Of a DNA stretch of 64,000 nucleotides, positions 37,102 through 47,499 are shown piece after piece (the first letter of the stretch is position 1; each line of letters begins with the position of its first letter). The translations under genes and the position numbers were made by a program. Origin of the DNA: Syntrophales bacterium (GTDB lineage: Bacteria; Desulfobacterota; Syntrophia; Syntrophales; UBA2210). The stretch spans positions 224,001 to 288,000 of the forward strand of contig CAXXKT010000003.1 of the NCBI GenBank assembly GCA_963662405.2. The letters run 5' to 3'. A model generated the notes under the pieces. That model made no database searches, had not been told where the DNA came from, and worked only from the letters and a program-made list of their open reading frames with translations.

Positions 37102-37371
37102 ATGTCTGTTGATCTGGTCATTGGACTCATGGCCGAAGCCGTAAAGGTTACGCTGTTCCTCGCAGCTCCCATGCTCATGGTGGGTCTGATTATCGGTCTG
37201 ACCGTCAGTATCTTTCAGGCCGTGACCCAGATCCAGGAGATGACGCTGACCTTTGTCCCCAAGATCGTCGGCGTGATGGTGGCGTTGATCGTAGCCCTTC
37301 CCTGGATGGTAAACCTCATCGTTACCTATACCCAGAAGCTCTTTCAGTCCATACCGATGTACATACGATAA
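37102..37371 (+). CDS. fliQ: export gate protein
   Basis: FQAVTQIQEMTLTFVPK. Confidence 0.97.
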   Translation: MSVDLVIGLMAEAVKVTLFLAAPMLMVGLIIGLTVSIFQAVTQIQEMTLTFVPKIVGVMVALIVALPWMVNLIVTYTQKLFQSIPMYIR

Positions 37372-37380
37372 GGGATCAGT

Positions 37381-38151
37381 GTGGATATTCCGAACATAAC
37401 CACGGAACAGATAGAGATACTCGTCTTTGTTTTTCTGAGGGTGAGTGCAATCGTGGTGACCATGCCCATTTTCGGGACCGGTTCCGCCCCTGCCCGGGTA
37501 AAGGCGGGTCTTTCTCTGATGATCGCTCTTCTCGTCTTCCCCTTTGTCGAGATTACCCCTCCGCCGACCGAGGTCCTGACCCTGGTCCTGAGGATGATCG
37601 GCGAGGCGATGATCGGGATCATCATCGGTTTTGCCGGGAGATTGATCTTTGCGGGGGTGCAACTGGCGGGACAGCTCGCGGGTTTTATGATGGGGTTTGC
37701 CATCGTCAATGTATTCGATCCCCTGACCAGTGCCCAGGTATCGATTCTCGCTCAAGTCCAGTATCTCTTTGCTGTCCTCTTATTCCTCGCCGTTGACGGT
37801 CATCACATCTTTCTGGGTGCCATCACGGAGAGCTACCAGCTTGTGTATCCTCTGGGATTTCACTTCTCGGGCGAGCTGGTGCAGGTTATTGCCGGGCTCG
37901 CAGGTGACATCTTCACCATCGCGATCAAGATCGGTGCCCCGGCCGTCACCGCCCTTTTGATAGTCGATATCGGTTTCGGCCTGATTGCCCGGACCGTTCC
38001 CCAGATGAATATCCTGATTGTCGGATTCCCCGTGAAGATTGCGGTGGGTTTGCTCGGTTTCGGACTGGCACTTCCCCTGGTGGCCCGGATGTTGGGGGGA
38101 ATCTTTGTCGGTTTCGGGATCAGTCTGCAGAACCTCCTGCGTCTGATGTGA
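37381..38151 (+). CDS. fliR: export gate protein
   Basis: Polytopic membrane protein; RTVPQMNILIVGFPVK. Confidence 0.95.
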   Translation: MDIPNITTEQIEILVFVFLRVSAIVVTMPIFGTGSAPARVKAGLSLMIALLVFPFVEITPPPTEVLTLVLRMIGEAMIGIIIGFAGRLIFAGVQLAGQLAGFMMGFAIVNVFDPLTSAQVSILAQVQYLFAVLLFLAVDGHHIFLGAITESYQLVYPLGFHFSGELVQVIAGLAGDIFTIAIKIGAPAVTALLIVDIGFGLIARTVPQMNILIVGFPVKIAVGLLGFGLALPLVARMLGGIFVGFGISLQNLLRLM

Positions 38152-38214
38152 TGTTTTTTTGACACAACCGTCAGCAATTGGACGGGGATCCCGACCTGAT
38201 GAGAAGATGTGACA

Positions 38215-39285
38215 ATGGCCGAGCAGAACAAAGATCAGGAAAAAACCGAACAAGCTACCCCTAAGAAGCGCGAAGATGCGCGGAAAAAGGGGCAGGTGGC
38301 AAAGAGTCGTGAGGCCTCGTCCGTGGCGGTGCTGCTGGCCGGGCTCCTTTTCTTCTGGTTTGGCTCCGCCGGTATGGGCGAAGAGATCATGGCCCTTACC
38401 CGGTGGTCGCTCACCCAGTCGTCCCGATTCGTCATCGATTGTACCAATATCCAGGTCCTCGTGATCGATGTGGTATACAGAAGCTTTCTGATCGTTTTCC
38501 CCCTCTTTCTGGCGGTATTTTCCATCGCGCTGCTGGTCAATTACCTGCAGGTCGGGTTCGCTATCTCCGTGGAGGCGATACAGCCGAAGTTTTCAAAGAT
38601 CGATCCGATAAAGGGCGCCGGCAAACTGCTGTCGCTCCGATCTCTTGTTGAACTGGCGAAAAATATCTTCAAGCTCCTGGTGGTCGGTTTCACGGTCTAT
38701 CTCATCTTGGAGGGGGAAAAAGAACACTTTGTCCTCCTGGTGGACCAGAGTGTGTCGGGGATCCTGCTGTACACCTGCAGGATCGCTTTCAAGATTATCC
38801 TCAGCGTTTGCCTTGTACTGATCATCCTGGCCGTATTCGATTATATCTACCAGCGGTGGGAATTCGAAAAAGACCTGAAGATGACGAAGCAGGAGGTCAA
38901 GGATGAATCGAAACAATCGGACGGGGATCCCCTCATCCGAGCGCGGATACGGCGCCTCCAGAGAGATGCGGCGAGAAAGAGGATGATGGCAAATGTCCCG
39001 AAGGCGGATGTGGTGATCACCAACCCCACCCATCTTGCCGTGGCGCTTCTCTACGACCAGGAACGGATGTCCGCGCCAAAGGTGGTCGCAAAGGGGGCTG
39101 ATCTTATCGCCGCGAATATCCGAGAGATCGCCAGAAAAAATAATATTCCCATCGTAAACAACAAGCCGCTGGCACAGGTATTGTATAAGAAGGTGGGTGT
39201 GGATGAAATGATACCCGCCGATTTGTACCGGGCGGTCGCCGAGGTCCTGGCTTTCGTGTACGGCATAAAAGTAAACCAGAGGTAA
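38215..39285 (+). CDS. flhB: export switch protein
   Basis: KTEQATPKK, intact NPTH autocleavage site. Confidence 0.96.
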   Translation: MAEQNKDQEKTEQATPKKREDARKKGQVAKSREASSVAVLLAGLLFFWFGSAGMGEEIMALTRWSLTQSSRFVIDCTNIQVLVIDVVYRSFLIVFPLFLAVFSIALLVNYLQVGFAISVEAIQPKFSKIDPIKGAGKLLSLRSLVELAKNIFKLLVVGFTVYLILEGEKEHFVLLVDQSVSGILLYTCRIAFKIILSVCLVLIILAVFDYIYQRWEFEKDLKMTKQEVKDESKQSDGDPLIRARIRRLQRDAARKRMMANVPKADVVITNPTHLAVALLYDQERMSAPKVVAKGADLIAANIREIARKNNIPIVNNKPLAQVLYKKVGVDEMIPADLYRAVAEVLAFVYGIKVNQR

Positions 39286-39288
39286 AGG

Positions 39289-41373
39289 ATGACGCAATCA
39301 TACGCTGATGCGAGCAGTTTTGCCGGTCTCTTCCGGGGGAGCAATACGGTAATGGCCGCGGGGATAGCCGGTATCCTTCTCGTCATGATGATACCCTTAC
39401 CCCCCTTCGTCCTGGATATCCTCCTTTCTTTCAGCATCACCTTTGCCCTGATCATCCTCCTGGTTTCCGTGTACGTGCCGCGCCCTCTGGACTTTTCCGC
39501 CTTCCCGTCCGTGCTCCTGATTGCGACACTCCTTCGCCTCTCACTCAATGTGGCCTCCACGCGGCTCATTCTCCTCCACGGCGGAGAAGGGGCGGGGGCG
39601 GCCGGGCAGGTCATCCAGGCATTCGGCGCCTTCGTCGTGGGCGGCAATTACGTGGTTGGTCTTATCGTTTTCCTGGTTCTTGTCCTGATCAACTTTGTCG
39701 TCATCACCAAGGGGGCCACGAGGATCGCCGAGGTGGCGGCGCGCTTTACCCTGGATGCGATGCCCGGGAAACAGATGAGCATCGATGCCGATCTTAACGC
39801 GGGACTCATCTCCGATGCGGAGGCGCGGAAAAGACGACGCGAGATTGCCCTCGAGGCGGATTTTTACGGTTCCATGGACGGTGCGAGTAAATTTGTCAGG
39901 GGGGACGCGATTGCGGGAATCGTTATCACCATCACGAATATACTCGGCGGTCTGATTATCGGTGTGATGCAGCAGGGTATGGCGGTGGCGGATGCCGCCC
40001 ACACCTATAGCCTCCTCACCGTGGGGGATGGGTTGGTCACCCAGGTCCCGGCGCTGGTCGTTTCGACCGCTGCGGGGATGCTGATCTCCCGTTCGACTGC
40101 CTCGGGAGACCTGAGCAGGGAAGTGGCGGGTCAGCTCTTCGTCCAACCCAAGGTCGTGGCCTCGGCTTCGGCAATTCTCCTGATATTCGGATTAATCCCG
40201 GGCATGCCGAAGGTTTCTTTTCTTCTCCTCTCTCTTGGTTCCGGAATCGTTGCGTACCGGACATTTGTCTCCTCGCAGAAGGTCGTTGAGGTGGAGGAGA
40301 AACCGGCGGCGGAACCGGCGACCGAATCCATTGAGGATCTCCTGCCGCTCGATTCCCTCGAACTGGAGATGGGATACAGTCTGGTCCCCCTTGTCGATGC
40401 AGCACAAGGAGGAGAACTCTTGAAGAGGATCAAGGTCCTGAGAAAACAGATGGCCGTTGAATTGGGATTTATCATGCCCCCGATCCATATACGGGATAAC
40501 CTCCAGGTAAAGCCCGGTGAATATATCGTCAAGCTCAAGGGGGTCGAGGTGGCCCGGGGAGATATACAGATGGGTCGATACCTGGCGATCATCCCGGGCG
40601 ATGAGGGGGGCACGATCAAAGGGACACAGACAAAGGAGCCCTCTTTCGGTCTTCCCGCCGTCTGGATAGACGAGAGAGAGAAAGAATCTGTTCAGGCAAA
40701 GGGGTGCGTGGTCGTCGATCCGGCCACCGTAATCACGACCCATCTGACCGAGCTTGTCAAGGTGCATGCCGCTGAACTCCTGGGGAGGCAGGATGTCCAG
40801 TTTCTCTTGGACAGCCTGGGACACAGTCATCCGAAGGTGGTGGAGGAGATTGTTCCCAAAATCGTTTCGCTCGGTACGCTCCAAAAGGTACTCCAGAGAC
40901 TCCTGCGGGAGCGGGTCTCGATACGTGATTTTCTGACGATCCTGGAAACCGTGGCGGATTACGCGCCACTCACGAAGAACGTCGATGTCCTGACCGGGTA
41001 TGTGAGGCAGACCCTGGCCAGGCTGATCACGAGGGAGTATAGGGACGCCGACGGGAACATCACCGTCGTTCTGCTTTCGCCCGACATCGAGGAGCGTATC
41101 GGTAAATCGATCCAACATGCCGAATACGAATCGTTCGTTGTTGCCGATCCGGTACTGATCCAGAAAATGGTGGAAAAACTGCAGCGGTTCATCGAGGGCT
41201 TTACCGAGAAGGGGTTGCCGCCGGTCATCCTCTGCTCTCCCACGATCAGGATGTATGCCTGGAATATACTGGAAAAGTTTTTTCCCACGATCGTTGTCCT
41301 TTCTCACAACGAGATTGCCCGTGATGTAACAATCAAATCCCTGGGGATGCTGGTGTTGAGCGATGCAGATTAA
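39289..41373 (+). CDS. flhA: export apparatus protein
   Basis: RIAEVAARFTLDAMPGKQMSIDADL. Confidence 0.98.
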   Translation: MTQSYADASSFAGLFRGSNTVMAAGIAGILLVMMIPLPPFVLDILLSFSITFALIILLVSVYVPRPLDFSAFPSVLLIATLLRLSLNVASTRLILLHGGEGAGAAGQVIQAFGAFVVGGNYVVGLIVFLVLVLINFVVITKGATRIAEVAARFTLDAMPGKQMSIDADLNAGLISDAEARKRRREIALEADFYGSMDGASKFVRGDAIAGIVITITNILGGLIIGVMQQGMAVADAAHTYSLLTVGDGLVTQVPALVVSTAAGMLISRSTASGDLSREVAGQLFVQPKVVASASAILLIFGLIPGMPKVSFLLLSLGSGIVAYRTFVSSQKVVEVEEKPAAEPATESIEDLLPLDSLELEMGYSLVPLVDAAQGGELLKRIKVLRKQMAVELGFIMPPIHIRDNLQVKPGEYIVKLKGVEVARGDIQMGRYLAIIPGDEGGTIKGTQTKEPSFGLPAVWIDEREKESVQAKGCVVVDPATVITTHLTELVKVHAAELLGRQDVQFLLDSLGHSHPKVVEEIVPKIVSLGTLQKVLQRLLRERVSIRDFLTILETVADYAPLTKNVDVLTGYVRQTLARLITREYRDADGNITVVLLSPDIEERIGKSIQHAEYESFVVADPVLIQKMVEKLQRFIEGFTEKGLPPVILCSPTIRMYAWNILEKFFPTIVVLSHNEIARDVTIKSLGMLVLSDAD

Positions 41374-42481
41374 GAGATATGAGGCGAAAAGTTCCCGAGA
41401 GGCGATGGAAAAGATCAAGACGGATCTGGGGCCGGATGCCGTCGTGCTCTCCACGAGAAAGATGAAAGGGAAAATCGAGGTGATTGCCGCCCGGGATCAA
41501 TTCGGGCCGGGAGGAAGCGAAGGCGGACCGTCGGAAGGCGCTGATATGGTCGATTTCTTGAAGACGGAACTGGGTCAGGTAAAGACCCTCATCCGGGATG
41601 TCAGGAGAGAGGGGGAGATCCAGGCCGAGCTGACGGAATTAAAAGAGACCGTCGGCATGCTTATCGAAATACTGGGGATTCGGAAAAAGGGAGGCCTTCC
41701 ACCTTCCTTGTCGAAGGCATACTATCATCTCCTTTCGGTCGGGATATCGAAAAAACGAGCCTGCGCATTGATAGAAGAGACGCGGGGATCCTGTCCTCCG
41801 GATGTCCTGAGGGATGACTGCCGCACCATGGGTGTCGTCGAAGATGCGATACGGCGGTCACTGACCCCGACCTATCGGCCCCCGAAGAAGAAGCGGCTCT
41901 GCGCCTTCGTCGGTCCGGCCGGTGAAGGGAAAACAACGACCCTGGCAAAACTGGCCGTTCGTTCGCTCGCCGGAGAGAATCGCAGCCTGGGGGTGATAAC
42001 GATGGATACCTATCGGATCGGCGGGGCCGAGCAATTGAAAATATACACCGATATTATGAAGGTTCCTATGGAAGTCGCCTCCGGGAAAGAGGAGTTTGAT
42101 GAGGCCCTGAAGAAATTTGCCGGTAAGGATACCATCCTGATTGATACCCCCGGGAGGGGGCGCGATGATGAGAAGGATCTCCTGAAACTGCGGGAGTCCG
42201 ATACGATGGACCTCCCCTTGGAGGTGAATCTTGTCCTGAGCGCGACATCGAGTCGGGACAGCATGATGGATGCCGTGAGGGGCTTCGGCTGCGTTGGCTA
42301 CGACAATATCATATTTACCAAACTGGATGATGCGAGGAGATACGGATCGATATACGAGGTGATCGATACCGTCGGTAAACCGGTATGGTATGTCGCCAAC
42401 GGGCAGAGTGTCCCCCGAGACCTCAGGCGGATGGATCCTGCGGGCCTTGCGCGGTTGGTAGCCGAAAACCGCTTACATTAA
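41363..42481 (+). CDS. flhF: SRP-type flagellar GTPase
   Basis: GPAGEGKTT, DTYRIG, DTPG, TKLD. Confidence 0.93.
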   Translation: MQIKRYEAKSSREAMEKIKTDLGPDAVVLSTRKMKGKIEVIAARDQFGPGGSEGGPSEGADMVDFLKTELGQVKTLIRDVRREGEIQAELTELKETVGMLIEILGIRKKGGLPPSLSKAYYHLLSVGISKKRACALIEETRGSCPPDVLRDDCRTMGVVEDAIRRSLTPTYRPPKKKRLCAFVGPAGEGKTTTLAKLAVRSLAGENRSLGVITMDTYRIGGAEQLKIYTDIMKVPMEVASGKEEFDEALKKFAGKDTILIDTPGRGRDDEKDLLKLRESDTMDLPLEVNLVLSATSSRDSMMDAVRGFGCVGYDNIIFTKLDDARRYGSIYEVIDTVGKPVWYVANGQSVPRDLRRMDPAGLARLVAENRLH

Positions 42482-42509
42482 GACGATGAACACTGGGGAG
42501 GTAAGGTGC

Positions 42510-43391
42510 GTGGATCAGGCCGGAGTGATGAGGAAAATGGTGAAAGAGGGAGTAACACCGATGATCAGGAAAAAAAGATGTCATGATGCGACCCGCGTTA
42601 TTGCCATTACCAGCGGAAAGGGGGGGGTCGGGAAGACGAATATTACGGTGAACTTCGCGTATCTCCTTGCAAAACGAGGGAGGAAGACCCTCTTGCTCGA
42701 TGCGGATACCGGGCTTGCCAATATCGATGTAATCCTTGGGATTGCCCCGCATTATAATCTGTCGCATCTTCTTCATGGGGAGAGGAGCCTGTCGGAAGTC
42801 ATCGTCGAAGGGCCGGGGGGCATCAAGATCCTCCCGTCGGCATCCGGTATTGAAGATATGGCTGAACTGTCGAAAGGACATAAACTGACCCTCCTGGAAG
42901 AGCTTGACGGATTGGACGAGGATATCGATTTTATGCTGATCGACACCGCTGCGGGGATCAGCGGAAACGTCATGTATTTTAATATGGCGGCCAAAGAGGT
43001 GATCGTGGTGGCCTCGACGGAACCGACGTCACTGACCGATGCCTACGCCCTGATCAAGATGCTGTATCAGGGGTACCGCACCCGACGGTTTATGCTGTTG
43101 GTCAATATGGTGAGTGATTCGATTGAAGCCAAGGGGGTGTACGTCCGGCTGAATAATGCGACGAACCATTTTCTGGGTCTTCCGATTGAGTATCTGGGGT
43201 ACATCCCTCTGGACCCGAATATCCCGAAGGCGGTGAAGAAACAGAAGTTGCTGGCGGAGAGCTTTCCCGACTCGAAGGCGACCACCAGTATGATCGAAAT
43301 TATCGAAAAATTGTGCCGGAGGCAGCCCGAAGCGTATGAGAATGGAACCATTAAATTCTTTGACCGGTCCGTCATGGGGAACCGTGGCTGA
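42510..43391 (+). CDS. flhG: MinD-like flagellar number regulator
   Basis: (M)DQAG N-term, SGKGGVGKT, EPTSLTDAYALIK; GTG start after GGGGAGG. Confidence 0.93.
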   Translation: MDQAGVMRKMVKEGVTPMIRKKRCHDATRVIAITSGKGGVGKTNITVNFAYLLAKRGRKTLLLDADTGLANIDVILGIAPHYNLSHLLHGERSLSEVIVEGPGGIKILPSASGIEDMAELSKGHKLTLLEELDGLDEDIDFMLIDTAAGISGNVMYFNMAAKEVIVVASTEPTSLTDAYALIKMLYQGYRTRRFMLLVNMVSDSIEAKGVYVRLNNATNHFLGLPIEYLGYIPLDPNIPKAVKKQKLLAESFPDSKATTSMIEIIEKLCRRQPEAYENGTIKFFDRSVMGNRG

Positions 43392-44106
43392 AGACAACGA
43401 ACGTGAACAACTGATCATACAGTATATCCCCCTCGTCAAGAATATCGTCGGGAGGATTGCCATGAGACTCCCCTCTCACGTGGGGAAAGACGATCTTGTC
43501 AATGCCGGGATTATCGGACTGATGTCGGCCTTGGAAAAGTATGACGAAACACGAAATGTCCTCTTTGAAACGTACGCGGGGTTCCGGATACGGGGGGCCA
43601 TCCTGGATGAGTTGCGGTCGAGGGATATCGTCTCCCGATCGGACAGAAACAAGGAGACGCGTATTGAGGAGGCCTTTGAGGTATTGCAGAAAGAACTCAG
43701 CCGCAATCCGACGGATGAAGAGGTCGCAAAGCACCTTGATCTATCTCTCGACGACTATTATAAGATGATCAATGATGCAAAAGGGGTCTCTATCCTGAGC
43801 AGCGATGATCTCCCTCCCGATTACTGTGAGAAGCACTCCCAGTCGGAGGTCCTGGAGAAGATCGACGAGAATAACCCCTTTGCTCTCCTGTCTCGGATCG
43901 AGCTGAAAGATACGTTGCGGGATGCCATCGAGGCCCTCCCCGAGAAAGAAGGACTGGTCCTGTCGCTTTATTACTATGAAGAGTTGACATTGAAAGAGAT
44001 CGGTTTAGTCTTGGAACTGTCGGAATCGAGGATCTCACAGCTCCATTCGCAGGCGGTCCTGAGGCTCCGGGGAAGCTTAAGGAAGGTGCACTATGAGGCT
44101 GATTAA
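43384..44106 (+). CDS. fliA: flagellar sigma factor sigma28
   Basis: RIRGAILDELR, LYYYEELTLKEIG...ESRISQLH. Confidence 0.95.
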   Translation: MAEDNEREQLIIQYIPLVKNIVGRIAMRLPSHVGKDDLVNAGIIGLMSALEKYDETRNVLFETYAGFRIRGAILDELRSRDIVSRSDRNKETRIEEAFEVLQKELSRNPTDEEVAKHLDLSLDDYYKMINDAKGVSILSSDDLPPDYCEKHSQSEVLEKIDENNPFALLSRIELKDTLRDAIEALPEKEGLVLSLYYYEELTLKEIGLVLELSESRISQLHSQAVLRLRGSLRKVHYEAD

Positions 44107-44566
44107 TTTCCTTTCCCCCGCCCGGTGTTTCGGAGGGATACTCGTCACCGGATGCCTGCTTTTGATCCTTCTGCTCGCGGCAGACGGGAATGCATCCGGC
44201 GGTCATATCCGGGAAATCGCCCTCCCGGGATCTATCAGTGAGTCCTCCGCGGAAAGATTCGTCGGCGGGGAGGGCCCCGGCGGGGAGCATTTTGAACGGT
44301 TTGGCGATTTTACCATTCCCCTGAAAGACGCCGCGGGGGGAGACAGGATCCTGGTATGCACCATGATCGTGGCGTTGCATCGAGGGATGGATCTGCCGGA
44401 AGAAAGAACCGGGCTCCGCACGGTTATCTATCGGGTATTGCGGGAACGATCGGGTGCGGCTGAGATGGAAAAAGGACTCAGAAAAGATATCAAAGAACGA
44501 TTGAATATTGCCTTGCGGGGCGATAAGGTACAAGACATCTATTTCACGAGATTTGTCTTATTGTAA
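44093..44566 (+). CDS. second FliL-like protein
   Basis: N-term hydrophobic segment; C-term LRKDIKERLN...VQDIYFTRFVLL parallels the FliL C-terminus. Confidence 0.7.
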   Translation: MRLINFLSPARCFGGILVTGCLLLILLLAADGNASGGHIREIALPGSISESSAERFVGGEGPGGEHFERFGDFTIPLKDAAGGDRILVCTMIVALHRGMDLPEERTGLRTVIYRVLRERSGAAEMEKGLRKDIKERLNIALRGDKVQDIYFTRFVLL

Positions 44567-44613
44567 AATCGAACGAATGATGCCAAGATCACAAGGAACC
44601 GAGGAGGGGAGGG

Positions 44614-45450
44614 ATGGCGTTGCCACGACAGGAAAGAGGGGATGCTGATACGCTGCTCGCGGGACTGGAAAAAGAATTCGAATCGACCTTCGGAGAACTG
44701 ATCCCCGGTATCATCCATGATTTCGCCAGTCCTTTAAACGGGATTATGGGTCGCTGCGAACTTATGGAGCGGCGGGTGAAGAGGGCCCTCGAACGTATCG
44801 CGGCGGGTGAACATACGGCAGGGGCCGATCTTCTGGAGGATTGTCAAAAGATCTACGCGGATGCCGCCTTGCTTTCGAAGGAGGCCAACCGTCTCTTCGA
44901 CCTTTTCAACAAGGTGTCGGACAAATTTCGGACCATGAGAGACATCACCGCCTTGGGGATCAACCTGTCCGAGCTTGTCGAGGCTGAGGTCAGGTTTCTT
45001 CGCTTCTACCCGGAGATCAAGCACACAATTGATTATACCTTACATCTTGATCCGGAGGTCCCGGAGATCACGGGAATACGTGCCGATTATTCCATGGCCC
45101 TTTCAACCATTATCAGACATGCGATTGATTCGATGAGAGACAGCGAATTGAAAAAGCTGATCATCACCACCGGGTATGACGATTCATATGTCTTTATCAG
45201 GGTCGAGGATACCGGGGTGCCCGGTGATGCCATCCGGGAAGATGGGTCCGGGGGACGTTCCTCCGAATGTCCCGGTGAGAGTCAAGGACTGACAGCCGCC
45301 GTCTCTCTCTTGGAACAGTACGGCGTCCTCTTTGAACAGACCTACGAAGCCGGGATGCATATGACCTCGGTCCGAGTGCCGCATGAGAGGGCCAGCAGGC
45401 CGGGCGACGTGTCATTCGGTACCGGTCGCCCATCACCCCGTGTGGGCTGA
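44614..45450 (+). CDS. histidine-kinase-like protein with degenerate ATPase domain
   Basis: H-box IIHDFASPLNGI; N/G1/G2 boxes altered (IIRHAID, EDTGVP, SQGLT); no sensor domain. Confidence 0.7.
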   Translation: MALPRQERGDADTLLAGLEKEFESTFGELIPGIIHDFASPLNGIMGRCELMERRVKRALERIAAGEHTAGADLLEDCQKIYADAALLSKEANRLFDLFNKVSDKFRTMRDITALGINLSELVEAEVRFLRFYPEIKHTIDYTLHLDPEVPEITGIRADYSMALSTIIRHAIDSMRDSELKKLIITTGYDDSYVFIRVEDTGVPGDAIREDGSGGRSSECPGESQGLTAAVSLLEQYGVLFEQTYEAGMHMTSVRVPHERASRPGDVSFGTGRPSPRVG

Positions 45451-45557
45451 GGGACAATTATCGTTAAAGAGTGTGACGGATTGTGACGATAGGAGGGTAA
45501 AGGTTACGGTGCGATGCGACCTTTTTGATACGGTGTATGAAAAGGGGTGCAACAGAT

Positions 45558-45863
45558 ATGGTCAGGTCCCTTGATATCCAACAGGTGCTTATGCAATCCA
45601 ACGCGGTAGAGCGTGTTCAACAGGTCCAACAGCAGCAAGGAGACGCTCAGCAGAGATATTGTCATGCCCGGTTGGTCGAGGAAGAGCGGGAACAAAGGGA
45701 GAAGGTCAAGGATCCTCGGGAAGCGGATCGGCTCATGATCAAAGCGGAAGATGAACGGGAAAAGGGAGAGGGAAATCGGGGGAGAGGCGGTACTCAGAGG
45801 GAGCGGAAAGAGGATGCCGCCGATGATGGTGAACCGGAAGGAAGGATTGATATAAGGGTTTAG
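45558..45863 (+). CDS. hypothetical protein
   Basis: Gln/Glu-rich ORF ending GRIDIRV, operonic with the next gene. Confidence 0.65.
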   Translation: MVRSLDIQQVLMQSNAVERVQQVQQQQGDAQQRYCHARLVEEEREQREKVKDPREADRLMIKAEDEREKGEGNRGRGGTQRERKEDAADDGEPEGRIDIRV

Positions 45864-45864
45864 A

Positions 45865-46332
45865 ATGACAGCAGAACTTTTGGTGGGGCTTCAGATCGTT
45901 GCCGATATCGCACTCCTTGTCGCCATCCTGTTCCTTGTCTGGGCGGTGAACCGCGAGAGGAAAAAGAATCCTCCCGGTGTCGATGCGAAGACGTTTGCCG
46001 AATTCAAGCAATTGATAGAAGAATCCCGATCTTCGTCGGAAGAACTGTTTCGGGCATTGCATGAGATGAGAGAACTGGCAGCTGTCCTCGACGCGAAGGA
46101 GAAGCGATTGATGGCCCGTGCCCACGAACCGGATACCGTGGAGGAGAGACGAAAATCGAAAAACCCGGGGCGCGAGGAGAAATACGAAAATGCCGTAGAA
46201 ATGGCGAGGCATGGCGCGACCGCCAAGGAGATAGCCGATGTGCTGAACGTAACCGAAGGAGAGATCGCCCTTATCCTGGATCTCCATCGAAAAGAGAATG
46301 AAAATCATCCCAACCACGTCGGTATCCTCTAA
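45865..46332 (+). CDS. membrane-anchored coiled-coil protein with C-terminal HTH-like motif (DUF2802-like)
   Basis: TM, coiled coil, AVEMARHGATAKEIADVLNVTEGEIALIL. Confidence 0.7.
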   Translation: MTAELLVGLQIVADIALLVAILFLVWAVNRERKKNPPGVDAKTFAEFKQLIEESRSSSEELFRALHEMRELAAVLDAKEKRLMARAHEPDTVEERRKSKNPGREEKYENAVEMARHGATAKEIADVLNVTEGEIALILDLHRKENENHPNHVGIL

Positions 46333-47443
46333 ACCAAACACCCTGTTACAGATCCCCCGGACGGCTGCATCGTTGCCTCCCCTTTCCGTCGGTGAGGTCG
46401 CGGAGGCACGTATCATGGAAGGCTCTCGACAGGGAAAGACGACGATCCTGCTGAAAGGGATGACGGTCACGGTGGATTCCGAAGTGCCGCTTCTGAAGGG
46501 GGAACGAGTGACGGTCCGGGTTGCCCGGCTTCATCCCGGGGTCATCCTCCGGATTATCCAAGGCGGCATCATAGAGAAGGCCGGATTGCTCGATTACCTC
46601 AGACTGTTCCGTTCAAACCCCGAGGCCCTCTCCGATCTTCTGGTAGAGGGAAACAGACAGTTTAGCCCCGATACATTAGGCGAACTTGCGGCACATATCG
46701 GGATCGACGACGCAAAGAGGCTGTATCATATGGTACGGTCCCTGCTCTTCTCAGGGGAAAGTCTGAAAAATCCTCTTTTCCTGAGGGAGTATCTCCACAC
46801 ACTCGGGTATCTGATGGAGCATGCACGAGGGGAGACGCTCAAGGGAAAGACCGGAAGAGGACAGTCCCCCACGGATTCTTCTCCGAACCTCAAGGGAATC
46901 CTGATGAAGGTGGCCGACCGGCTCCAGCCCTTACTGAGAACCGGGGATTTCCCTGCGGCGGAAAAACTTGCCGGATTTGTCCGCTCATCACTGCAGGCAA
47001 TCCATTCACACCAGGTCATCAACTATCTCTTTCAGGAACATGAGGACAAGTATCTGTTTCAGATCCCCCTTCTCTTCCCCGAGAACAATGGACGGGCGGA
47101 GATATTTGTCAAGTTCGGAGACCGAGATTCACCGGGGGATACACGCGGCGGGGGGAAGAAGATCTTGTTTCTTCTCAATATGGACGCCCTGGGGGAGATC
47201 ATCGCCGAGGCGGGAATCTCCGGCAATAAGATAAACTGTGTATTGAAGTGCGCCGACGGAGACATCGGCGATTTTATCAAACCCTTTCTTCAGGAGTTGG
47301 GAGGGGGGCTGGCGGCCCTGGGGTACGAGGTCGAATCCCTGCAGTGTGTGGTCAGTCATCGTGACACGTCGGAGATACGAGAGACGGTCTCCCGTGAATT
47401 TCAGGACCTCTTTACTCTGGATGAGATTGATCTCCTGGCGTGA
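46298..47443 (+). CDS. FliK-like C-terminal-domain protein
   Basis: FQIPL...LFLLNMDALGEI...LAALGY region; directly upstream of a FlhB-C-like gene. Confidence 0.6.
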   Translation: MKIIPTTSVSSKPNTLLQIPRTAASLPPLSVGEVAEARIMEGSRQGKTTILLKGMTVTVDSEVPLLKGERVTVRVARLHPGVILRIIQGGIIEKAGLLDYLRLFRSNPEALSDLLVEGNRQFSPDTLGELAAHIGIDDAKRLYHMVRSLLFSGESLKNPLFLREYLHTLGYLMEHARGETLKGKTGRGQSPTDSSPNLKGILMKVADRLQPLLRTGDFPAAEKLAGFVRSSLQAIHSHQVINYLFQEHEDKYLFQIPLLFPENNGRAEIFVKFGDRDSPGDTRGGGKKILFLLNMDALGEIIAEAGISGNKINCVLKCADGDIGDFIKPFLQELGGGLAALGYEVESLQCVVSHRDTSEIRETVSREFQDLFTLDEIDLLA

Positions 47444-47499
47444 GCGGGACCCATCACCGGGTATCGGAGGGCCGACATCAACTGATACAAGAGATACCC

